The notes below the pieces were generated by a model. It had not been told where the DNA came from. It searched no databases and saw nothing but the letters and a program-made list of their open reading frames with translations. From an uncultured Halobacteriales archaeon (GTDB taxonomy: Archaea > Halobacteriota > Halobacteria > Halobacteriales > CAZPIG01): 44,664 nucleotides of DNA. The position numbers and the translations under genes were made by a program. The stretch covers positions 1 through 44,664 of the forward strand of contig CAZPIG010000004.1 of assembly GCA_964586205.1 (NCBI GenBank). Direction: 5' to 3'. Of the stretch, positions 24,511 to 33,517 are shown piece after piece. Every line of letters starts with the position of its first letter. The first letter of the stretch is position 1.

Positions 24511-26079
24511 ATGGCCCAGCTAGAGTCGGTCGACCGCAAGCGGGCTACGCTCTGGGTGATAGCCGCGATACTGTTCGGCGTGCTGGCGTTCGTCGCGGTG
24601 CGCTACGCCGGGACCGTCGTGCTCGGACTGTTCCTCTACTACATCACCCGCCCCACCTTCGAGCGCATCCGCTCGCGGGTCGGCAACCGCACGCTCGCCG
24701 CGCTGCTCGCGCTGCTCGTGCTCGCGCTGCCAGTGCTCGTGCTGTTCACGTGGACGATGACGGTTGCCGTCCGCCAGACCGCCGACTTCCTCGCCTCGGA
24801 CGCCTTCGCCGAGTATCGGACCCTCCTCCAGCCCTACGTCGACGTCTCCGCGGTGGTCGGCGACCTCCAGGAGACGGGCCGGACCATCGTCGACAATCCC
24901 CAGAGCATCCGGGACCTCCAGCTAGACGAGGTCGTCGGGGGCGCGCTCGGCACGGCGGTGGCCTCCGTCGGCTTTCTCGCCACCGGCCTCCTGCACCTGT
25001 TCATCGCGCTCGTGGTCGCGTTCTACCTGCTGCGCGACGACCACCGCCTCGTGGGGTGGGCCCGGTCGACGTTCGTCGACGAGGACGACGGCGTCGTCGC
25101 GGCCTACGTCGCGCTCGTCGACCGCGACTTGGAGCGCGTCTACTTCGGCAACATCCTCAACGCCGTCGTGACGGCCGTCCTCGGGGCGGTCACGTACAAC
25201 CTCCTCGCGATGGTCGCCCCCGCGAGCGTCACCATCCCGCGGCCCACGCTGCTGGGGCTGCTGACCGGCGCTGCGAGCCTCATCCCCGTCATCGGGATGA
25301 AGCTGGTGTGGATACCGGCCTCGGTCATCGTCTTCGTGGACGCCGCCGTCGCCGGGCCGACGACGGTGTGGTTCCCGGTGGTGTTCGTGCTCGTCTCCGT
25401 GGTCATCGTGGACTACATCCCCGACCAGTTCCTCCGGCCCTACGTCTCCGGGCGGTCGCTGCACGTCGGCGCGGTGATGCTCGCGTACATCCTCGGGACG
25501 CTGCTGTTCGGGTGGTACGGCATCTTCCTCGGTCCGCTGCTGCTGGTCCTCGTCTTCGAGTTCGGTCGCGTGGTCGTGCCGTGGCTCGTCGACCCCGAGG
25601 AGTGGCAGCCGCCGCCGGCCTTCCTCGAGGGCGAGCCGGTCGAGGAGCCGGGGGCGGTGCCCTCCGTGGGCGACCGCGTGCGCACCGCGTCGGTCAGAGC
25701 CGCGACGGCCGGCCGGATGGGGATAGACAAGGTCCTCCACGTCCGGGAGCACGAGGCCGGCGACCCCGCGGCGGACGGCGAACCGGAGGTGAGCAACGAA
25801 TCGACTGGCGAGGCCGGAGCGGACGGCGATGCCGGTCCCGATGGCGACGCCGCAGCGGACGACGGGAACCCCGGCGGGGAGGGCGACGCCGGACCCGATG
25901 GCGACGCCGGTCCCGGTGGCGACGCCGGACCGGACGGCAAGCGGAGCGGGGACGACGACTCCGTGGTGGGCGACGGGGGTGCGGCCACGGACAGAGCACC
26001 CCCGGAGGACGGGACGGACGACGGTCGCGAGGTGGACGAGAGTCGCGGGACGGGCGACGGAAGCGAGACGGACCGGTGA
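24511..26079 (+). CDS. AI-2E (PerM/UPF0118) family transporter with Asp/Gly/Ala/Pro-rich C-terminal tail
   Basis: Multiple TM segments and ..SLIPVIGMKLVWIPASVIVF... The tail GDAGPDGDA..GDAGPDGDAGPGGDAGPDG is encoded by roughly 18-nt tandem repeats around 25830-25940. Confidence 0.8.
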   Translation: MAQLESVDRKRATLWVIAAILFGVLAFVAVRYAGTVVLGLFLYYITRPTFERIRSRVGNRTLAALLALLVLALPVLVLFTWTMTVAVRQTADFLASDAFAEYRTLLQPYVDVSAVVGDLQETGRTIVDNPQSIRDLQLDEVVGGALGTAVASVGFLATGLLHLFIALVVAFYLLRDDHRLVGWARSTFVDEDDGVVAAYVALVDRDLERVYFGNILNAVVTAVLGAVTYNLLAMVAPASVTIPRPTLLGLLTGAASLIPVIGMKLVWIPASVIVFVDAAVAGPTTVWFPVVFVLVSVVIVDYIPDQFLRPYVSGRSLHVGAVMLAYILGTLLFGWYGIFLGPLLLVLVFEFGRVVVPWLVDPEEWQPPPAFLEGEPVEEPGAVPSVGDRVRTASVRAATAGRMGIDKVLHVREHEAGDPAADGEPEVSNESTGEAGADGDAGPDGDAAADDGNPGGEGDAGPDGDAGPGGDAGPDGKRSGDDDSVVGDGGAATDRAPPEDGTDDGREVDESRGTGDGSETDR

Positions 26080-26106
26080 CCGACGCTCGCGTCACCCACA
26101 CGACGC

Positions 26107-27057
26107 TCACGCGCCGAGCGCGGCCCGGATGCGCGGTAGCTCGTCGGCGATGGCGTGGCGCTTCAGGAGCGCGAACCCCGCGAACACCACCAGGAAGCCG
26201 CCCAGCGTCGCGCCGGTGACCGTCTCGTCGATGAGCGCCCACCCGACGACCACGGCGACCACCGGAACGACGTAGGAGACGAGGTTTATCTCCAGGGGCC
26301 CGAAGCGGTCGAGCAGGTGGAAGTAGACGACGAACGCGCCCGCGGTGGCGACGACGGCGAGGTAGACGAGCGCGCCGACGACCGCCGGCGACGGCGACGC
26401 CGGCAGCGGCTCGCCGACGGCGAGGCTGGCGGCGTGCAGCAGGAGCGCGCCGACGGCCATCGCCCACGCGGTCAACCCCGCCGTCGAGAGCGTCGGCGAA
26501 CTCCGGCGGACGAGCACGCTGCCCAGCGAGACGCTCGCCGCGGCGAGCACTATCAGCGCCGCGCCGACCACGTCCGCCGCGAGGAGGTTCGCGGGGTCGG
26601 GCTGGACGACGACGGTCACGCCGACCAGCCCGAGCGCCACGCCCACCAGCCCCGCCGCCGACCGGCGCTCGTCGGGCAGCAGCGGCCACGCGAACGCGGT
26701 CGTGAGGATGGGCACGAGGCTGTAGAGCACCGCCGCGACCCCGCTGGGGACGTGCTGCTGGCCGACGAACAGCAGGCTGTTGCCCGCGACGAGGAAGGCA
26801 CCCGCGGCGAGCACGGCCCAGCCGTCGGTGAGCGTGCGCGGCCGCCACTGGGCGGTCGCGACGGCGTACGAGAGCAGGAGGACGGCAGCCACGTCGTACC
26901 GGACCGCCGCGAACAGAACGGGCGGTAGCTCCTCTAGGCCCACCTCGATGGCCGGGAACGACCCGCCCCACGCCGCGGCGAGGCCGACGAACAGCGCGAG
27001 GGCTCGGTAGCGGGACACGGGTGGGCTGACGGTCCGGTGTGGTATGAGGGTGTCCAT
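26107..27057 (-). CDS. EamA/DMT superfamily transporter
   Basis: Ten hydrophobic segments in two EamA-like halves (..AAAWGGSFPAIEVGL.. and ..LTAWAMAVGALLL..). Confidence 0.8.
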   Translation of the reverse strand: MDTLIPHRTVSPPVSRYRALALFVGLAAAWGGSFPAIEVGLEELPPVLFAAVRYDVAAVLLLSYAVATAQWRPRTLTDGWAVLAAGAFLVAGNSLLFVGQQHVPSGVAAVLYSLVPILTTAFAWPLLPDERRSAAGLVGVALGLVGVTVVVQPDPANLLAADVVGAALIVLAAASVSLGSVLVRRSSPTLSTAGLTAWAMAVGALLLHAASLAVGEPLPASPSPAVVGALVYLAVVATAGAFVVYFHLLDRFGPLEINLVSYVVPVVAVVVGWALIDETVTGATLGGFLVVFAGFALLKRHAIADELPRIRAALGA

Positions 27058-27072
27058 GTCGGCACGGCTTGG

Positions 27073-27210
27073 GAGTGGTGTTCGGAATCGGTCGTGCTAT
27101 CGCTTGGCGCTCGGAAGCCCCGGCACTTCCGGAGTCCCCCCCCCCCGGAGTGAACGGTCGGCCGGCAACAGCCCGACGGCTGGCCGGCTCCTACGAGCGG
27201 AATCCCACCC
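27073..27210. repeat. MITE-like repeat, copy C (short, central part deleted)
   Basis: GAGTGGTGTTCGGAATCGG...CTCGGAAGCCCCGG-CACTTCCGGAGTCCC...GGCCGGCAACAGCCCGACGGCTGGCCGG...CGGAATCCCACCC. The right end resembles the tRNA-Thr T-arm/acceptor (GAATCCCACCC). Confidence 0.6.
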
Positions 27211-27267
27211 GCACCGAGCTACCGCACCCTCGCCCGTTCGTCGGCCTACAGATACCCCGTCGTTCGC

Positions 27268-28302
27268 TTACAGATACCCGCGCGCCACCAGCAGCTCCGC
27301 GTTCAGCACGCTCGCACCCGCCGCGCCGCGGAGCGTGTTGTGCGCCAGACAGTCGAACTGCACGCCGGCCGGCGCGTCCTCGAAACCGCCTGCCGCGACC
27401 GCCATGCCGCCGCCGACGCCGCGGTCGAGGCGGGGCTGGGGCCGCCCCGGCTCGTCGAAGACGTGCACGAGCGGGTCCGGGGAGCTGTGCAGGTCCGCCG
27501 AGGGCGTGGCGGCGACGGCGTCCGCCGCCGCGTCGGCGGCGACGTCCTCGGTCGTCTCCACCCAGACGTTCTCCAAGTGGCCGTCGAGCGTCGGCACGCG
27601 GTTGCACGACGCCGAGACGGTCATCGGGTGGTGGGACACGCTCGCGCCGTCGAAGGTGCCCAAAAGCTTCCGGCTCTCGGTCTCCATCTTCCCGGCCTCG
27701 CCGGGGATGTGCGGCAGGACGTTGTCGAGTATCTCCATCGACGCCACGCCGTCGTAGCCCGCGCCGGAGACCGCCTGGAGCGTGGCGACGTGGACGCGCT
27801 CCAGTCCGTACTGCCGGAGCGCCGCCAGCGGCGGGACGAAGGTGACCGTCGAGCAGTTGGGGTTCTTCACGAGCCCGCCCGCCCAGCCGCGCTCGTCGCG
27901 CTGGCGCTCCACGAGCGCGAGGTGGTCGGGGTTGACCTCCGGAATCACGAGTGGGACGTCCTCGGCCATGCGCTCGTTGGAGGCGTTCGAGCAGACGACG
28001 AAGCCCGCCTCCGCGAACGCCGGCTCGACCTCCGCCGCGACGCCGCTCGGGAGCGCGGAGAACAGCAGCGGGACGTCGTCGGAGATGGCCCCCGGCGCTG
28101 TCACCCGGACCGTGCGGTCCGCGACGGCGTCGGGGATGGGCGCGTCGGCCCGCCACTTCGCCGCCTCGCGGTAGGACTTGCCGACGCTGTCCTCGCTGGC
28201 GGTGAGGGCGACGAGGTCGAACGTGGGGTGGTCGGTCAGTAGCTGGACGAACCGCTGGCCGACTGCGCCGGTGGCTCCGAGGACGCCCGCGCGTACACTC
28301 AT
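27268..28302 (-). CDS. asd: aspartate-semialdehyde dehydrogenase
   Basis: VGVLGATGAVGQRFVQLL.., the active-site region ..VCSNASN.. and ..ANCSTV-like NPNCSTV. 344 aa. Confidence 0.95.
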   Translation of the reverse strand: MSVRAGVLGATGAVGQRFVQLLTDHPTFDLVALTASEDSVGKSYREAAKWRADAPIPDAVADRTVRVTAPGAISDDVPLLFSALPSGVAAEVEPAFAEAGFVVCSNASNERMAEDVPLVIPEVNPDHLALVERQRDERGWAGGLVKNPNCSTVTFVPPLAALRQYGLERVHVATLQAVSGAGYDGVASMEILDNVLPHIPGEAGKMETESRKLLGTFDGASVSHHPMTVSASCNRVPTLDGHLENVWVETTEDVAADAAADAVAATPSADLHSSPDPLVHVFDEPGRPQPRLDRGVGGGMAVAAGGFEDAPAGVQFDCLAHNTLRGAAGASVLNAELLVARGYL

Positions 28303-28375
28303 CTATTGTCGTCGGGAGGGTGGAGGGCATGGAGCAAAACCGTTTGGATACTTCGGTGGGTGGATGGCTTCTAGG

Positions 28376-28600
28376 ATTGGTGTTTGTGTCCGGTCTAGCT
28401 ACTGCTGTGGCTTCGGAAGCCCCGCGGCGCTCGACTCCCGGGCCTCGCTGCGCGCTTCGGCGCTCACTTCGTTCGCGCCTGCAGTGCTTACGTCGTCCGG
28501 GTTCGCCGAGAGCGTCGCCCCTTCCGGAGTCCCACCCGTAGAGTGATTGGTCGGTTGGCTACCGCTCGTGGATTGTCGCGGAGCTACCGCTCGTGGGCTG
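28376..28600. repeat. MITE-like repeat, copy D
   Basis: ATTGGTGTTTGTGTCCGG...CTTCGGAAGCCCCGCGG..GCCTCGCTGCGCGCTTCGG..CTGCAGTGCTTACGTCG..GCCCCTTCCGGAGTCCCACCC, then a duplicated GCTACCGCTCGTGG (28558-28571 and 28583-28596). Same orientation as copy C. The right boundary is approximate. Confidence 0.6.
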
Positions 28601-28629
28601 GTGCGCCCGGTTCCCGACTCGCTTTCCTG

Positions 28630-28911
28630 TCACCCCCAGTCGTCCGCCATCGGGTGGCCGCTGTCCTCGATGACGCCCATGGCGGCCTCGAAGGCGGCGT
28701 CGGCCGTCCCGAACTCCCCGTGGTGGGTCCACTCGCCCGACTGCTGGTCCGTGGTGTACACGTCGAACGCCCCGCCACGGTACTCGTGGGACTCGACGTA
28801 GAGCTCGTTCGCTACCTGTCCGTCGTGCTCGTCGTCTTCTGTTTCGTCGACGAGGAGGTAGACGCCCAGTTCTTTCCCGCCTTCGAGGTCGCGCCGGCGG
28901 TGCCACTGCAT
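28630..28911 (-). CDS. small acidic hypothetical protein
   Basis: 93-aa ORF with GC-rich third positions and acidic, His-rich composition. No family recognised. Confidence 0.5.
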   Translation of the reverse strand: MQWHRRRDLEGGKELGVYLLVDETEDDEHDGQVANELYVESHEYRGGAFDVYTTDQQSGEWTHHGEFGTADAAFEAAMGVIEDSGHPMADDWG

Positions 28912-29102
28912 GGCTTCTAGGGGTACGGGGGCCTAGTGGGTATAGGTGAGGGGGGATAGAGTGATCGTCGATGCTGATCCTAAAATTCACGTTTGTTAAT
29001 ATAGTTGAAAGGCATGGCCTTCTGGGGAAGTACCTCGATTCCTCGCTGCATGCCAAGTGAAGGACTGGACATGTGAACGGATTTTCTCTGGAGGATGCGT
29101 AG

Positions 29103-29110
29103 AATTAAAA
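29103..29110 (+). promoter_or_regulatory. TATA-box-like element of the OGG-fold gene
   Basis: AATTAAAA is centred about 29 nt upstream of the ATG at 29136. Confidence 0.4.
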
Positions 29111-29135
29111 GGTACTCGCTTTCTTGTCTTCTTCA

Positions 29136-29753
29136 ATGGCCATCAACTGGAATCGATGGGTCAAAATATACGAGTTTACAGTGGACGACCCATCAATAGA
29201 ATACAAGGATCCAGACATTCGAAATTGGACTGAGGAACGCGACCCACGTTTTAGCAACATCTCTTTAGAAATCCAGCAGCGGTCCTCTCCTCGTATTGGC
29301 CCTTTTGAACTTGCCAACATTACCAAATGGTTAATAGGAACTGACATTCTGAAAGGGCACGTAATGGATAATAATACAAGCACAGTGAAACGACAAACAG
29401 AGATAGCTTTCAGCCAATGTTCAAATCCAGCAGAAAGGATTGAGGAGCTAATCGCACTCAAAGGGGTGAGCGTGCAAGTAGCCTCAGCAGTTCTAACCGT
29501 ATACAATCCGGGTCGATTCGCTGTTATCGACCATCGCGTCCTTCGAGGATTAGCTGCTATTCGCCCAAGTCTTACCGACCCTGCAAACTATTCTCGATAT
29601 GCTGGATTCATTCAGTCACTAATAGATTACAACCAGAATCCGCAGACGTATCAGTTCTACATGGATGAGGTTCGCCAGATCGCGAATGCCGAAAATCTCC
29701 AACCAAGAGAAGTCAACATGGCACTATGGGCATTCGACCGCGATAACGTATAG
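29136..29753 (+). CDS. helix-hairpin-helix protein resembling the '8-oxoguanine DNA glycosylase OGG fold' family
   Basis: ..ELANITKW...(N/S-rich).. and ..ERIEELIALKGVSVQVASAVLTVYNPGRFAVIDHRVLRGL resemble the HhH motif (L..L.GVg...AS.iL.....P..f.i.D.r). ATG at 29136 (the ORF opens at TTG 29124). About 43% G+C on a sampled line. Confidence 0.45.
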   Translation: MAINWNRWVKIYEFTVDDPSIEYKDPDIRNWTEERDPRFSNISLEIQQRSSPRIGPFELANITKWLIGTDILKGHVMDNNTSTVKRQTEIAFSQCSNPAERIEELIALKGVSVQVASAVLTVYNPGRFAVIDHRVLRGLAAIRPSLTDPANYSRYAGFIQSLIDYNQNPQTYQFYMDEVRQIANAENLQPREVNMALWAFDRDNV

Positions 29754-29761
29754 CTTCACGT

Positions 29762-29818
29762 GTAGTGGGATGGTTTGTTGGACTATTAGTTTATGATTTG
29801 TGAACCGGCCCCCACTAC
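29762..29818. terminator. hairpin with T-tracts between convergent islet genes
   Basis: GTAGTGGG (29762-29769) pairs with CCCACTAC (29811-29818). The intervening loop is T-rich (TTTGTT, TTTATGATTT). Confidence 0.3.
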
Positions 29819-29828
29819 TTATACGCCA

Positions 29829-30305
29829 TCAGACCTTTTCTGGCTGTTCAACCACATAGACGACCCGATAGGGGAGGGTATTGAATGTAGAAGTCCACCT
29901 CAACTGGGACTCCCGAAGCCCATCGTTAACTGATTTCACTTCGACAAACAGATACTCAAATTCCTGTCTCGAGTGACATTGATACAGGAAGAAATCCGGC
30001 TTCCCATCTTGGGTGATCGCTGTCAATGGATGGATAGAATACAGTGGACCGAGCGAATAGTTATCCCTCAGGTGCTCTCTGAGTTCTTCTTGGAGTGCTT
30101 CTGGAACGCTACTATCATTCTGGAGTGCCCCCGATTCTATGGGAGAATCAAGCCCTACAACCTCATAGCCAGCGTCTAAATAATAGTCTGCAACAATACG
30201 CTCTGACTCGGTATTCTCGGTAGAGTATTCTACTGTCTGGCTATTTGAACCCACTTCACTCCCAAGCTCAACAAGAAAATAATCCTTCACATCGTCTGAA
30301 ACCAT
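29829..30305 (-). CDS. VRR-NUC (PD-(D/E)xK) nuclease domain protein
   Basis: ..ERIVADYYLDAGYEVVG.. then ..DGKPDFFLYQ....YLFVEVKSVNDGLRESQLRW..YRVVYV. This matches the VRR-NUC hallmark G-x-PD-hydrophobic ... hydrophobic-E-V-K-x-x-x-D-x-L-x-x-x-Q-x-x-W. Confidence 0.65.
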   Translation of the reverse strand: MVSDDVKDYFLVELGSEVGSNSQTVEYSTENTESERIVADYYLDAGYEVVGLDSPIESGALQNDSSVPEALQEELREHLRDNYSLGPLYSIHPLTAITQDGKPDFFLYQCHSRQEFEYLFVEVKSVNDGLRESQLRWTSTFNTLPYRVVYVVEQPEKV

Positions 30306-30498
30306 ACGTTGAAATCTATTTCGTCATCCAGGTATATGAACGTTGAATACAAATACTCTCATCTGATTGATAACAGTCCCAAACAGCGACTAGTCCTCGG
30401 GTAAAAAGCATTAGCTATTTTGATTGACCGCGATTGCGAAACTTCCTCGGATCACGATGTAATGGAATTGGCCAGTGTAGTAAAACGATGAATAGAGA

Positions 30499-31113
30499 CT
30501 ACTCATCAATTTCAACGGACTCATAGACGGCTAGCGCACGTCCATCAATATCATGATAGTACTTCGTAGAATCGTCACTCCTGAGGCCTCGTACAAACAT
30601 CCGGATGTCGTCTCCTGACGTCACTGTATTCACCACTAAGACAACTTTTCCCAGGACAGTGGCGATTGGAGAAACGGCCATGATGACCAGAGATGCTGCA
30701 AAAAGGTTGATGACGAACAAAGGAGCGAGCGTTATAAGCTGGTATTCTCCGACGTCGATCCAATTGCCTGAGATATAGTTATAAGGATTCTTTCCGTGAA
30801 GCATTGGTTTGAGTTTGACCTCAGAATGGTATCCAACCATCCCCGATGCAATCTCGTGGACCTTCTCATGAATGACTGTGTTAATGAATGCGATAAAGAG
30901 AACAATTATGATAGGAAAGAGGAGCTGAATCGGGTCTTCGAATTCGAGTATGACACCAATACGGCTCACTATCAGACTCTGCCTGATTCCTGGCGTATAG
31001 ACGAGAAGTGAGCCCCCGGCGACCAAAATCATCCAGACTACGGAACTCAGAAGACTCCGAGGCACAGCCTTCGGTTCAGTATATCCATTTGGAGACTCCG
31101 GCAGTTCACGCAT
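30499..31113 (-). CDS. DUF3267-like putative membrane zincin metallopeptidase
   Basis: HExxH (IHEKVHE) sits directly after a TM helix, with 3-4 further TM segments. ATG at 31113 (the ORF opens at TTG 31143). Confidence 0.5.
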   Translation of the reverse strand: MRELPESPNGYTEPKAVPRSLLSSVVWMILVAGGSLLVYTPGIRQSLIVSRIGVILEFEDPIQLLFPIIIVLFIAFINTVIHEKVHEIASGMVGYHSEVKLKPMLHGKNPYNYISGNWIDVGEYQLITLAPLFVINLFAASLVIMAVSPIATVLGKVVLVVNTVTSGDDIRMFVRGLRSDDSTKYYHDIDGRALAVYESVEIDE

Positions 31114-31317
31114 GTACAGGACTCCGTAGCGGCATCCCTTCAATCATGTCGCCATTCGCGTTTTCTATGTATTTCTAGAATGGTATAGAAACCATGCTGG
31201 TCGCTCCATTGGATAGGGGGCTCGACTTTATCTATTTCACAATCATCGGAACGGTCTACGTGAGTCTGGAGCTTTGCTGAAAAGCGCGTTCCTCAGTACC
31301 TATCCGCAAAGTGCCCG

Positions 31318-31890
31318 TCAATCCGAGATGAACTTGTTGTCCCGCCAATCCACACCGCTATCCCCGGCACCGGCGGCACCGGGGCCCTCTACGACCTCCA
31401 CAGTAGCCTGCCGGGGCTCGCCCTCCACGATTCGCGTCGCCACTAGCTCGCCGTCCTCCGCGGTTATCGCGGTCAGCGTCCCCTTCTCCGACAACAGCGC
31501 GATGTCGCGCAGCACGAGGAACATCTCGTACTGCAGCGCCGAGTTCTGCAGGACCGTCTCGCGGTCGCCCTTGAACGCGGCGAACTCGACCAACTCCGAG
31601 GGTATCTCCTCCTCTTCCTCCTCGCCCCACTGCGGCCCCGCGGGACCGGGCTCGGGCTCCTCCTCGTAGACCCGGTTCTCGGTCACGCTGGCCTTCAACT
31701 GGGCGGTGGGGGTGTACTTGCTGATGCTGTCGTCCTCGGAGACGGCCTTGATGATGAGCGTGTTGTTCCGACGGGTGACGTCGACGTCCGCGACGCCCTC
31801 CGGGAAGTTCGCGGCCTCCGCGAGGTGCTCCTCGACCGTCTCCAGGGGGAGTTCGAGCGTCGAATGCAGCCTGTATACGCGGCCTGTCAT
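31318..31890 (-). CDS. conserved-looking acidic hypothetical protein
   Basis: ATG at 31890 inside the run-on ORF 31318-32202. MTGRVYRLHSTLELPLETVEEHL.. with a poly-Glu linker. High GC3. Confidence 0.65.
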   Translation of the reverse strand: MTGRVYRLHSTLELPLETVEEHLAEAANFPEGVADVDVTRRNNTLIIKAVSEDDSISKYTPTAQLKASVTENRVYEEEPEPGPAGPQWGEEEEEEIPSELVEFAAFKGDRETVLQNSALQYEMFLVLRDIALLSEKGTLTAITAEDGELVATRIVEGEPRQATVEVVEGPGAAGAGDSGVDWRDNKFISD

Positions 31891-31973
31891 GATTTCCGTG
31901 GGAGCGCCCGGTGGTGGGTCCGTAGGGCCTGCGTGCTTAAATGGCCTGTCTTTCCGTGGCTTTCCCGACGACG

Positions 31974-32318
31974 CTACGCCGTCGCCAGCCGGTCGCCCAG
32001 CTCGCCGCGCTCGTCGAGCTCCGCGACCACGTCGCTGCCGCCGACGAACTCGCCGTCGACGAACACCTGCGGGATGGTCTCCCAGCCGCTGCGGGCCTCG
32101 AGGGCCTCGCGGTACTCGGGCAGCGCGTCTAGGACGTCCACCGTCGCCACGTCGTCGCGGTGCTTGGTGAGGATGCCCAGCGCGCGCCGCGAGTAGCCAC
32201 ACTGGGGCATCAGCTCGGTGCCCTTCATGAACAGCACGACGTCCTCCTCCTCGATGGCGCTCTCGACGCGCTCCTCTACGGCGGACTGGCTGAGTTCCTC
32301 GCCGGGCTGGAACGTCAT
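31974..32318 (-). CDS. monothiol glutaredoxin (Grx4-like, CGYS active site)
   Basis: ..VVLFMKGTELMPQCGYSRRALGIL.. and ..WETIPQVFVDGEFVGGSD are glutaredoxin motifs. ATG at 32318 inside the run-on ORF. Confidence 0.85.
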   Translation of the reverse strand: MTFQPGEELSQSAVEERVESAIEEEDVVLFMKGTELMPQCGYSRRALGILTKHRDDVATVDVLDALPEYREALEARSGWETIPQVFVDGEFVGGSDVVAELDERGELGDRLATA

Positions 32319-32393
32319 GGGGTCCACTAGGAACGGACGGGGCAAAGAATTTGTGCCGGAACGTTGAAGCCGGCGGCCCGCCACCCGCCGTCC

Positions 32394-32645
32394 ATGGCGG
32401 GGCTGTCGGACGCCGCGACCGGGCGGCTCGTCGGCGCGGGCCTCGTGGCGGCCGCGCTGGCGATGTTCGCGCTGGTCGACGCCCTCGGGCTCACGGGGAC
32501 GGCGCGCGCGGTGGCGTTCCTCCTGCTGTCGCTGCTGCTCGTGCTGGTCGCGAGCGCGGGGCTGGTCGTCTGGATACTGCGCCGCCAGCGCCAGCCGCTG
32601 ACCGAGCGCCCCGAGCCGTGGGAGATGGACGAGGACTGGGAGTGA
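32394..32645 (+). CDS. small two-TM membrane protein
   Basis: ATG at 32394 (the ORF opens at TTG 32364). Two hydrophobic helices and an acidic C-terminus [11 protein letters not shown]. Confidence 0.4.
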   Translation: MAGLSDAATGRLVGAGLVAAALAMFALVDALGLTGTARAVAFLLLSLLLVLVASAGLVVWILRRQRQPLTERPEPWEMDEDWE

Positions 32646-32722
32646 GTTCCGGGAGCGCCGCGCTGCCGGTCGCCTCGCGCACCGCCCGCCGGGCCGGGGT
32701 GCTCGCCGTGCCGGCCTGCTCG

Positions 32723-32770
32723 CCGCACCGTCCCCGCGCCGCACCGTCCTCGCGCCGCACCGTCCCCGCG
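32723..32770. repeat. three tandem 16-nt repeats
   Basis: CCGCACCGTCC(C/T)CGCG occurs three times at 32723-32738, 32739-32754 and 32755-32770. It is bracketed by GCCGGCCTGCTCG on both sides. Confidence 0.8.
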
Positions 32771-32859
32771 CCGCGCCGGCCTGCTCGTCGGCCCGGCCTG
32801 TTCGCCGGGCCGGCAGAACCGTAGCTTTAGTGCGAGATCGCTCCGTAGCGCCGCCCGAG

Positions 32860-33507
32860 ATGGAGCCCGACGGTCCCCCTCCGGAGGCGCTCGCGGCTTC
32901 GCCGTCTGCTCGCGGCCTCCAGCCGCTCGCACGGTATGCGGGCCGTCGGCCCGCACTACTCGCGCGCATCGCGGCGCTCCCTCGGTCGCGCCGCGCGCTC
33001 GCCGCCCGCGACGGCGTCGAATCCGATGTCGAGCGCCGCGAGGCCGACGCGGAGACGTTCGCGGAGGCGCGGGCGTTCGACGAGGCCGTCGCCGGCCTCG
33101 TGGCGGCCGCCGTCGCCACCGACGCGGGCGCGGTGCTGTTCGTCCACCACGAGGACTACGGCGGGTGGGTGCTGCCCGGCGGCCGGGTCGAGGCGGGCGA
33201 GTCCCTCCGCGCCGCGGCGGTCCGGGAGGTCCGCGAGGAGAGCGGGGTCGTGGCGACCGTCACGCGACCGCTGCTGGTCGTCGAGTTCGTCACCGCCCAC
33301 GACGGCCGCGAGACCTCGACGCACTTCGTCCTCTTCGCGGCCAGCGCGGAGGACGCGACGACCGCCGACGACCCCGGGCTGGACGACGAGCCCATCACCG
33401 ACGTGCAGTGGTTCGATTCCGTTCCGGAGGCCGTGGGCGGCGACGAGACGGTGCAGCGGTCGCTGGCGGTCGTGGTAGAGCAGTTCGATTGGTTCGATTG
33501 GTCGTGA
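32860..33507 (+). CDS. NUDIX hydrolase
   Basis: Nudix box [24 protein letters not shown]. The start is uncertain (ATG 32860 or GTG 32830). Confidence 0.75.
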   Translation: MEPDGPPPEALAASPSARGLQPLARYAGRRPALLARIAALPRSRRALAARDGVESDVERREADAETFAEARAFDEAVAGLVAAAVATDAGAVLFVHHEDYGGWVLPGGRVEAGESLRAAAVREVREESGVVATVTRPLLVVEFVTAHDGRETSTHFVLFAASAEDATTADDPGLDDEPITDVQWFDSVPEAVGGDETVQRSLAVVVEQFDWFDWS

Positions 33508-33517
33508 TTCCGGCGAT

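Noticed and set aside
25800-25960. CRISPR-like or other arrayed repeats. I checked the tandem tracts at 25830-25940, 32723-32770, 39656-39685, 17630-17720 and 5400-5650.
   Set aside because: The units are 15-18 nt, directly abutting without spacers, and mostly inside coding regions where they encode low-complexity acidic peptides. No 25-40-nt repeat with unique spacers is visible anywhere, and there are no cas genes.
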